Source: Longimicrobiales bacterium (lineage in GTDB: Bacteria > Gemmatimonadota > Gemmatimonadetes > Longimicrobiales > Gaopeijiaceae). From it: a stretch of DNA of 64,000 nucleotides. The first letter of the stretch is position 1; every line of letters starts with the position of its first letter. The translations under genes were made by a program, and so were the position numbers. A model generated the notes under the pieces. The model made no database searches and had not been told where the DNA came from. It saw nothing but the letters and a program-made list of their open reading frames with translations. The DNA lies in contig OZ241869.1 of assembly GCA_965202805.1 (NCBI GenBank), positions 992,001 to 1,056,000 of the forward strand. The letters are read 5' to 3'. Shown piece after piece: positions 10,723 through 17,952 of the stretch.

Positions 10723-11436
10723 TCATGCGTCGGACACCGCGACCTCATCGGCACGGCGCGTCACCTCGTTCAACAGGGATTCGAGCCGATGCCGGTCCCC
10801 GGAATCGGAGTCGTGGTCCGGATCCCCGCCGGAGTGGCGGTCGGCCTCGAAGCGGCGCACGCATACGCGTACCCGGGCAAACGGCTTGGGGACGGCCATC
10901 CGGTCCCAGGAGTTCAGTCGCCAGTGGCGGTCCGACGCCAGGCCCATGGCCAGGACGGGCGCGCCGGACACGCGAGCCAGTACCAGGATTCCACGCTTCA
11001 GGTGTCGCGCCGGGCCTCGGGGCCCGTCCGGGACCAGGATGGGAGAGGAACCGCGGCGCCGAACGACGGCGCGAAGGGCCCACATCGCCTCGCGCCCGCC
11101 CGCGCTCGAGGAGCCGCGGACGATGCGCGCGCCCCATCGCCGCATGATGCGCGCAACCAACTCGCCGTCTCCCGACCGGCTGGTGAGGGCCGTGACGTCC
11201 ACGCCCTCCCCCCGCGCCATGCGCGCACCCGTAAAATACGCCCCGAGGATGACGCGGTCGTGCCAGAAGGCGAGGATGGCGGGCGGGCCGCCCGCGGCGA
11301 GCTGGTCCAGGTGCTCGCGGCCCTCCGCGATCTCGATGCGCCAGGTGCGGCCGAGGGCCTCGACGAACCAGCCCAGCAGCGTGGTTGCGAGGGCTCTCCG
11401 CCCGCGCTTGAGCCGCGTCGCGATGTCAGCACGCAT
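10723..11436 (-). CDS. DUF374/lysophospholipid acyltransferase-family protein
   Basis: AFWH, SRSGDGE, RGSSS.GG, PDGPRGP, SWDR..VPKPF motifs. Confidence 0.85.
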   Translation of the reverse strand: MRADIATRLKRGRRALATTLLGWFVEALGRTWRIEIAEGREHLDQLAAGGPPAILAFWHDRVILGAYFTGARMARGEGVDVTALTSRSGDGELVARIMRRWGARIVRGSSSAGGREAMWALRAVVRRRGSSPILVPDGPRGPARHLKRGILVLARVSGAPVLAMGLASDRHWRLNSWDRMAVPKPFARVRVCVRRFEADRHSGGDPDHDSDSGDRHRLESLLNEVTRRADEVAVSDA

Positions 11437-11503
11437 GCGGCGCTTCCCCTGCGGCGAGAAGTCGACCCGAACCTCGGAGGAGCGAAGTCCGCGAGGAGGC
11501 AAG

Positions 11504-11587
11504 TGCCGGGAGTGGGACTCGAACCCACACGCCCCAACGGGCAAAGGTTTTTGAGACCTTCGCGTCTACCTGTTCCGCCATCCCGGC
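11504..11587 (-). tRNA. tRNA-Leu (anticodon CAA), CCA not encoded
   Basis: GCCGGGATGGCGGAACAGGTAGACGCGAAGGTCTCAAAAACCTTTGCCCGTTGGGGCGTGTGGGTTCGAGTCCCACTCCCGGCA: acceptor stem, AAGGT/ACCTT anticodon stem around CT-CAA-AA, long variable arm, T-loop TTCGAGT. Confidence 0.95.
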
Positions 11588-11593
11588 AGGATG
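11575..11593. repeat. att core, left copy (CCGCCATCCCGGCAGGATG)
   Basis: Identical to 22929-22947; covers tRNA nt 1-13 plus 6 upstream nt. Confidence 0.88.
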
Positions 11594-11667
11594 TTCCCAG
11601 TGGTAATCTGGCTGAAACCATTGAACTTACGCGATTGCGTGTTCGGGTTCCAGCCAATTGGGTCCCG

Positions 11668-12837
11668 CTAATTGCGCGGAGAGCAGACGCCTCGGCGGTC
11701 CTCAAGGGCTCTCCTGAGCTGATCTTCGTCGGCTCGCTGGTAGCATTGGAGCACCGTTCGGGCCGTCTGCCAGCCGCCGAGCTCGCAGAGCACCTTGAGC
11801 GGCTGGTTCATCAGATCCGAAGCGAACTTCCGCCGAAGCGAGTGCCAGCCCCGGCCACGCTTCGGCTCCAGTCCCGCGCGTGCTTCGGCCTTCTGCCACC
11901 AGTCACGGACCAGCCAACGGCTGACGCATGTGGAGGGATCCTTGAAAGTAGGTAGCACAGGTAGGTCCCCGGGGCTGAAGCTCCCTTGCCGCGCCTCGTC
12001 GAGGACCGCGAGCGCCTGGACGGTCAACGGCGTTCGGTGCTCGTAGCCGGACTTGTCGTGCTCGCCCCGCCACCGGACGGTCTTGGTCTCGGTGTCGATA
12101 TCGGACCATCGAAGCTGCCGAATGGCCCCGATACGATGCCCCGTCTCGTGTGCGAGGACGAAGGCGACGCGGAAGCGCCAGTCCATCTCCGCCGACACGC
12201 CGAGCAGGGCCTCGTATTCCGCCTGTGTAAGAAGCACCCGGGTCGGATTCTTCTCCTTCGGCGTCCTGAGGCCTCTCAGGGGATTCGAATCGAGGAGGAG
12301 TCTCCCCTGCTCGTCCCTCGATTTCGCAGCCCAGTTGAGGACTGCGATCAGGAGCTTGAGGTCGTGTTCGATCGTTCGATCGGACACCGGCTTGCCGCTC
12401 GGTCCGACCTCGCCCGACCGCCGCGCCCGGATGAACCGGTCCCAGTCCCTCCGCGACAGCGTAGCCGGATCTCGATTCCGTCCGAGGAATCCGAGAAACA
12501 TCTTCATCGCGGCTCTGTCGTGGAGGCGCGACTGGCAGCCCTTGGTGGGCGTCACCTCCTCACCGTAGATGTCAAAAAGCCTCTCCAGCGTGAGCGGCTC
12601 GGGCTCGGCTTGTGCCTTGCCGTTCAACTCCGGGCCGACGAATCCGGCGGCGAACTCGTCCGCCTGCCGTTTCGCCCTCGCCCAGTCGCGGTGTCCGAGC
12701 GACCGGGTGCGCCTGCGCCCGTTCTCGCGCCACTCCACCTGGAACAAGCCGGTTTTCGGATCCGGGAAGACCCGGACCCTGTTCCGGCCCCACTCGCCGG
12801 CGCCGTAGCTCCGGCGGCTTCGTTTCGTGCGTGCCAT
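11668..12837 (-). CDS. Tyrosine recombinase/integrase
   Basis: Catalytic residues R (TGHRIG), K (HDKSG), HxxR (HSLRR), W (LGGW), Y (QCY); ATG at 12837 preceded by GGGAGG. Confidence 0.92.
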   Translation of the reverse strand: MARTKRSRRSYGAGEWGRNRVRVFPDPKTGLFQVEWRENGRRRTRSLGHRDWARAKRQADEFAAGFVGPELNGKAQAEPEPLTLERLFDIYGEEVTPTKGCQSRLHDRAAMKMFLGFLGRNRDPATLSRRDWDRFIRARRSGEVGPSGKPVSDRTIEHDLKLLIAVLNWAAKSRDEQGRLLLDSNPLRGLRTPKEKNPTRVLLTQAEYEALLGVSAEMDWRFRVAFVLAHETGHRIGAIRQLRWSDIDTETKTVRWRGEHDKSGYEHRTPLTVQALAVLDEARQGSFSPGDLPVLPTFKDPSTCVSRWLVRDWWQKAEARAGLEPKRGRGWHSLRRKFASDLMNQPLKVLCELGGWQTARTVLQCYQRADEDQLRRALEDRRGVCSPRN

Positions 12838-12983
12838 CGTTCGATTCCTCCCGATTCGATGGACTGCACGATCTGCGCGTTTGAAACCTCGCGCAGGGCT
12901 CGCCCGTCGTCCAGAGTTGGCGGCCCGGCCGGTTCTGGCGCGGGCGCGCCACGGGGGCGCTGGTTTCTGCGGTTTGTGGAGGA

Positions 12984-13034
12984 GCCAGATGTGTTTTCGC
13001 TGCACGAAAACCTCTGGCCGGGGGATGCCCCCGG
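12984..13034. other. Putative origin of transfer (oriT) hairpins upstream of mobC
   Basis: Nested inverted repeats GCCAGA..GTTTTCG-N5-CGAAAAC..TCTGGC followed by CCGGGGG-ATG-CCCCCGG, directly upstream of mobC. Confidence 0.55.
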
Positions 13035-13081
13035 ACCCCCGAAACGACACTTCCGCGCGCCACCAAAGGAGGCCGCCCGAC

Positions 13082-13426
13082 ATGGCCCGTCCCCGGAAGC
13101 CCGAGGCCGAACGCAGGAGCCGCACGATCGGCGTGCGCGTCACGACCGCGGAGGCCGCGGAGATCGCCGAGCGGGCCGGAGCGGCCCGCATGACGAGGGG
13201 CGGCTACATGCGCCGCAGGGCGCTCGGGCAGCCGGTCCGCGAGGCGGCCGTTCACCGTCTCGGCGCCAGGGAGCGGGTCGAACTCCACCGGATCGGCGTG
13301 AACCTGAACCAGATCGCCCGCGCCCTGAACTCGGGAGCGTCCGCACCGGCCGGGACGCTGGAGGCGGTCGAGCGGGTGGGCGATCTTGCGGCCGATCTTC
13401 TGAGCGGCGAGGGGCTGGACCGCTGA
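13082..13426 (+). CDS. mobC: MobC relaxosome accessory protein (ribbon-helix-helix)
   Basis: RTIGVRVT.AE...AG.T.GGYMRRRAL, ELHRIGVNLNQIARALN; AAGGAGG SD. Confidence 0.9.
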   Translation: MARPRKPEAERRSRTIGVRVTTAEAAEIAERAGAARMTRGGYMRRRALGQPVREAAVHRLGARERVELHRIGVNLNQIARALNSGASAPAGTLEAVERVGDLAADLLSGEGLDR

Positions 13427-14619
13427 TCCCGAAGATCAACGGACTGGGCCGCTCGTTCGCCGGGGTCGCGGCGTACTGCCTCCACGATGCCCCGGAGCCG
13501 GACGACCGCCGGCCGAGGACGTCGGAGCGGGTCGGGTGGGCCGACACCCGCAACCTCGCGACGTTCCGGCCGGAGCGGGCCGCGCGGCTGATGGCCGCGA
13601 CGGCGAGGGCGGCTCCCGACCTCAAGCGGCTTTCGGGCGTGGCGCGAGGGGGCCGGAAGCTGGCGAAGCCGGTCCTGCACTACTCGCTCAGCTGGGCGCA
13701 GGACGAGACGCCCGACAAGCGGGAGATGAGCCGGGCGGTGGACCGGAGTCTGGAGGCGCTGGGGCTGGAGGGCCACGAGGCGCTGATCGTCGCGCACGAG
13801 GACACCGGGCACCCGCATGTCCACGTCATCGCCAACCGTGTCGATCCAGAGACCGGGAAGGCGGCGACGCTGGGCAACAGCAAGCTCCGGCTGTCGCGCT
13901 GGGCCGAGGGCTACGAGCGCGAGCAGGGCCGGATCCGGTGCGAGAGGCGGGTCGAGAACAACGAGCGGCGGCGGGCGGGCAAGCAGGTGCTTCGCCTCAC
14001 GGGGGATCGGCCGCGCCACTGGGCGCGCGTCCGCCGCGAGGGGATGCAGCCCGGGCGGGCGCGGCGGGCGAGGACGCCGCGCGAGGAGGAGCGGGTCGAC
14101 TTGGAGGCATGGCGGCACCTTGAGGCGGAGGCTTGGGAGAAGGTCGAGGACGGGCGCGAGTGGGGCTTCCGGCACCTTGAGACCCGGGCGCGGAGGGAAT
14201 GGGCCGAGCTGCACAAGCGGCAGGAGGAGATGCGGCAGAGGCTCGACCGGGAGAGCCGTACCGTGCTCGGGCGGCTCCGGATCTGGCGGATCGAGCGCTC
14301 GTTGCGGGAACTGGTCGGTGCGGTCCGGGGCCGGGAGGACCTGGTCGAGGGCTGGCGCGACGATCTCGCCCGGAATCACAGGGACGAACGGGCCGCGCTG
14401 GGCAAGGCACACGGCGAGCGCGCCCGGGAGATCGAGCGCGGTGTGCGTAAGCACTATCGAAGCGGGCTGGTGGACGCGGAGCGGCGCGCATGGGCAGTGC
14501 GGGAGACGATGAGGGAGCGCCAAGAGACGGGGGAGCGGGAGAGCGGTCCGAGCATCATCATCCCCATTTCCCCCCGGCGCAAAGGCCCCGAGCGTGGCGG
14601 GGGAGGGTTCGAGCGATGA
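13423..14619 (+). CDS. MOBP-type (MobA/VirD2-like) relaxase, apparent CTG start
   Basis: (L)IPKI..GRSFAGVAAYCLHD motif I Tyr, HYSLSW motif II, AHEDTGHPHVHVIANRV HUH motif III, typical GPERGGGGFER tail. Confidence 0.88.
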   Translation: MIPKINGLGRSFAGVAAYCLHDAPEPDDRRPRTSERVGWADTRNLATFRPERAARLMAATARAAPDLKRLSGVARGGRKLAKPVLHYSLSWAQDETPDKREMSRAVDRSLEALGLEGHEALIVAHEDTGHPHVHVIANRVDPETGKAATLGNSKLRLSRWAEGYEREQGRIRCERRVENNERRRAGKQVLRLTGDRPRHWARVRREGMQPGRARRARTPREEERVDLEAWRHLEAEAWEKVEDGREWGFRHLETRARREWAELHKRQEEMRQRLDRESRTVLGRLRIWRIERSLRELVGAVRGREDLVEGWRDDLARNHRDERAALGKAHGERAREIERGVRKHYRSGLVDAERRAWAVRETMRERQETGERESGPSIIIPISPRRKGPERGGGGFER

Positions 14620-14844
14620 CCCTTGACGCGCGCCGAGATCTTCCGCCTCGGGATGTTGCCGGTGACCGCGTGGCGGAAAGTCGGTGCGATCAGCCGCGTG
14701 TAACGCCGCGCCGATTCAGGCGGCGGAACACAGCAAGCTGCCCAAAGTGATCCGGTTGCTTCTCGAGATCCCCGGATTGGACACGCTCCCGGCTGGCTTC
14801 GGTCCTACGCCCCCGCCTGGGAGAACCGGCGGCGCCATCCCCGC

Positions 14845-15261
14845 TCACGGAGAGCGCGCGACGAACACGGCCTGCAAGTGCGTCTCCCCCTCTTCCTTGG
14901 CAGCTATGAATCTGTGCCTGCCGTCCAAGACCGCCAGCGTACCGCCGGGCAGGCCGCGCACAACGAGCGGGCGGTCTCGATATGTCCGCTCCCGGCGCAG
15001 CTTTTCAATCCACTCGCGACAGGCGAGCGCGGGATCCTGAATGGAGACCACACGACGAAGCGCGATCCGTTCAGCGGGCAACGTCGCGCTCATGGTATCC
15101 ATGACATGCGTCCTCAGGTCCATTGCAATGGCGTGACCGGAGTCGTCGTCCCGAGTCGCGTCAATTGCTCGTTCGAGGCTAACAAACCAGCGCCTTAACG
15201 TCTCGCCATCGTACGTCCCCGCCGCCAACCCGTCCTCAATCTTCCCGACGGTCATGCTCAT
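14845..15261 (-). CDS. Small ParB/sulfiredoxin N-terminal-like domain protein
   Basis: RPLVVR...AVLDGRHRFIAAKEEGETHLQAVFV matches the ParB/Srx core; GGGAGG SD upstream of ATG 15261. Confidence 0.6.
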   Translation of the reverse strand: MSMTVGKIEDGLAAGTYDGETLRRWFVSLERAIDATRDDDSGHAIAMDLRTHVMDTMSATLPAERIALRRVVSIQDPALACREWIEKLRRERTYRDRPLVVRGLPGGTLAVLDGRHRFIAAKEEGETHLQAVFVARSP

Positions 15262-15660
15262 TTCAGTTGGCCTCCCGGCCTCTGGCCGCTGGCGGCCGTC
15301 CGTCGTCTCCAGCAAGCCACGGCATTTGGCCATCTCACGCGGGGAGGCGTCGGTGCCGATGTGGGCCAGTAGAGCGGCCGCGGTGGATGGCCGGAAGCCC
15401 CTGCCCTCTCATCCAAACCGAGCACCCGCGCGATAGCCGTCAGCCTGCCATGACACACCCCGTCCGCGAGGTGTCGAAAATGTCGGGGTCCGAGCGCTGT
15501 CCCGCGGGAGAGAGCGGAGCGCGGGCGCCGGTCAATCGGAATGGTGCGCAGGAAAGTCCCGTCGCGCGCGTCCGGTACGTCACTTCGCCGGTGACGCCAG
15601 AGGGTGCAAGCATCCGGTGCCATGCGGTCGCCGGCAGGCACGTGCCGGCACCGAGGACCC

Positions 15661-16158
15661 TCACCGGGCGGATTCCTCCCCACGAAAGGCCATCTGGATA
15701 GCGCGGCGTCGGTTGTCGGTGGCTTCTTTGTCCGCTCCCCAAGCGGCAATCCGTCTGGTTTGGGCAGCGCGCGTCTCCGGTGTCTCGTGCTCCGGGCACC
15801 AAACCGCGATTTTGACTCGCTCAGGGTGTTCCTGTAAGCACTCGGGACAGGGCTCTACGGCCGCGATGCGCCGGGCGGCCTCAAGGCAGACGCCGAACTC
15901 CGTTGCGTCTTCCAATTGCTGCGCCAGCTCCCACAGCATCAGGCCGGCACTGTCCCGTTGCCATGCACTGGCGTCCCGCAAACGGCCCGTGGCCACCCCG
16001 ACCGCCTTGAGTGCGTCCCGCTCGGTCGCCAAGCCCTTGCGAAGGGTTGCTGCGTAGCTCCAAGCCAGGGCGATCAGAAGAGACACCGCAATCGCCGCCC
16101 AGAGGGGAATCCCCCACCACAAGGCCAACACCGCAAGCACCGCCCACCGCCAGATCAC
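15661..16158 (-). CDS. Hypothetical membrane protein with CxxC...CxxH motif
   Basis: Hydrophobic N-terminus WAVLAVLALWWGIPLWAAIAVSLLIALAW; CPEC...CPEH; GTG start overlaps the upstream stop. Confidence 0.5.
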   Translation of the reverse strand: MIWRWAVLAVLALWWGIPLWAAIAVSLLIALAWSYAATLRKGLATERDALKAVGVATGRLRDASAWQRDSAGLMLWELAQQLEDATEFGVCLEAARRIAAVEPCPECLQEHPERVKIAVWCPEHETPETRAAQTRRIAAWGADKEATDNRRRAIQMAFRGEESAR

Positions 16159-16381
16159 GTCACCGGCGCTCCGGCTTTTCGCCCGCACTGGAGCAAGTCG
16201 GGAGTCACAGCCCGCCCCCATGAACAACGGGTGCCGCACCGACCGAAAGCTCCCTGTAGCGCGATGGAGAAGCCACGGTACACCGAGTCGAAAAGGTTGA
16301 CTTGTGGTTCCGGCATCCGTTCACCCCGCACTCCAAGCGGCTCCGAGTCGACCTCCAAGGAGGTCTCGCTCCGGTACGACG

Positions 16382-17809
16382 CTACCGTCCTCCAACGTCG
16401 CGTCTTGCCCGCTCAAGATCCCCTTGTCGGTATTGGAAACTGGAGCAGCGATCGTTGTAGCGGTCCACTATTCGGTCGAAGGCATCATGATCCCCCTCGC
16501 TCACTACGTTGGGGCGGTACCTTTCGATCATTCGATCCTCGCGTAGGCACCACCTCAGTTGCGGCAGGGACAGGATCAGGTCGGTGCCGGGCGGCGGCAT
16601 TTCGAAGCCGATTTCCTCCGCGGCAGGCGGCGACGAACGTACCGTGTCAGGCGGCTTACCGGTGTCGAGTAGCTGCTCGACCGCATTCTCGATGGTGACG
16701 TAGTCGGTGCCCGGCAGCCTTCTCGCGGCTCCGCTTCCGCGGCTGACCAGAACGATCGGGGTACCGGTGAGGTTGAGCGCGCTGGCCAGTCGGAGATTCG
16801 CCGACACGCGGTCGGCGTGTCGGTCCGAGTTGAGGCAGTCGCGAAACGCGCCGTCGTCGAGCCCCAAGGTACGGGCGTAGCCGACGAAGTTGCGAACAGG
16901 ATCGCCCGAAGCCGCCCACGAGAGCTGATTGTCGAAGAGCGTGGTGTGGTATTCCCAGTAGCGGTGCTGGTCCCCGGCACAGTGGGACGCTCTCGACGCG
17001 AGGAACGAGTTGGAGTGAATGCCCACAAGCGGCAGGTCGTAGAAGACGAACTTCGCCCGCCCCGTGCCAACTAGGTTCAACTCGATGAGAGGCTTGACGC
17101 CTGAGGCGAACATGGCGCAGCCCTGGCACTGATAGCCCCCGAACTCCACAACCGAGATGGGAGCGGCTGGGTCTCCCATTTCGCTTCCGTATGCCAGGTT
17201 GACGAGTTCTTCGTCGGAGAGATCGCCCAGGTCCACGGGCTCGGTGACCGCGCTGTTGAACACCGTCGAGCCGGTCGTATAGACCGCCGGCACCACGTTG
17301 ACGAGTACTTCGTTCATTCGATCGCGGATACCTTCCGTTGCGACCAACGCCCCTGCCACCACAACCAACCCAGCAGGTACTGCTACAAGCCACTTACGAC
17401 GCTGGCTGTTGGGCCTTCTGTTACGTCCGATCCCACTCGGGGAAGCGGCAGGTGGCCGCTGTGGATCCTCTTGGTCGTGCGAAGCCCACGCCCGCTCTTT
17501 GTCCCGCTGATCACGCTCTCGGTGGTTACGTTCCGAGCGCTGTTGCGGCTCGCGCTCTGGTTGTCGGGGGCCTTGCGGTCCCCGATGCTTGTGATCTTCC
17601 CGCCGTCGGGATCGCGTCCCTTCGATAGGCTTAAGGCGCTCGTAAGCTTCGCCGACCTGTTTGAAGATCCACTCAGAGGCCTTGTCTCCCGGATTCTTGT
17701 CCGGGTGGTGCTTCTTTGCCAAGCGTCGATATGCCGACCGGATCTCTTCCCAAGTTGCCCCTTGTTCGAGGCCGAGGACTTCGTACGGATCCAAGTCGCG
17801 ACTTCTCAT
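16382..17809 (-). CDS. DnaJ-domain / TM / DsbA-like thioredoxin fusion protein
   Basis: DPYEVLG...[15 protein letters not shown] domain; [49 protein letters not shown] DsbA features. Confidence 0.8.
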   Translation of the reverse strand: MRSRDLDPYEVLGLEQGATWEEIRSAYRRLAKKHHPDKNPGDKASEWIFKQVGEAYERLKPIEGTRSRRREDHKHRGPQGPRQPEREPQQRSERNHRERDQRDKERAWASHDQEDPQRPPAASPSGIGRNRRPNSQRRKWLVAVPAGLVVVAGALVATEGIRDRMNEVLVNVVPAVYTTGSTVFNSAVTEPVDLGDLSDEELVNLAYGSEMGDPAAPISVVEFGGYQCQGCAMFASGVKPLIELNLVGTGRAKFVFYDLPLVGIHSNSFLASRASHCAGDQHRYWEYHTTLFDNQLSWAASGDPVRNFVGYARTLGLDDGAFRDCLNSDRHADRVSANLRLASALNLTGTPIVLVSRGSGAARRLPGTDYVTIENAVEQLLDTGKPPDTVRSSPPAAEEIGFEMPPPGTDLILSLPQLRWCLREDRMIERYRPNVVSEGDHDAFDRIVDRYNDRCSSFQYRQGDLERARRDVGGR

Positions 17810-17952
17810 TCCGTCTCCGCAGCCGGTCTGTCGCCCCGCTCCCGCTGCCGGGCATTACGTTTCGAAACACGACCGCTCCCGGATCATGAGGGCGTGTGCG
17901 AGCATCGTACGGATCGAGAACCATGTCGGGCAAGCCTCCGGTTCTCCTGACC

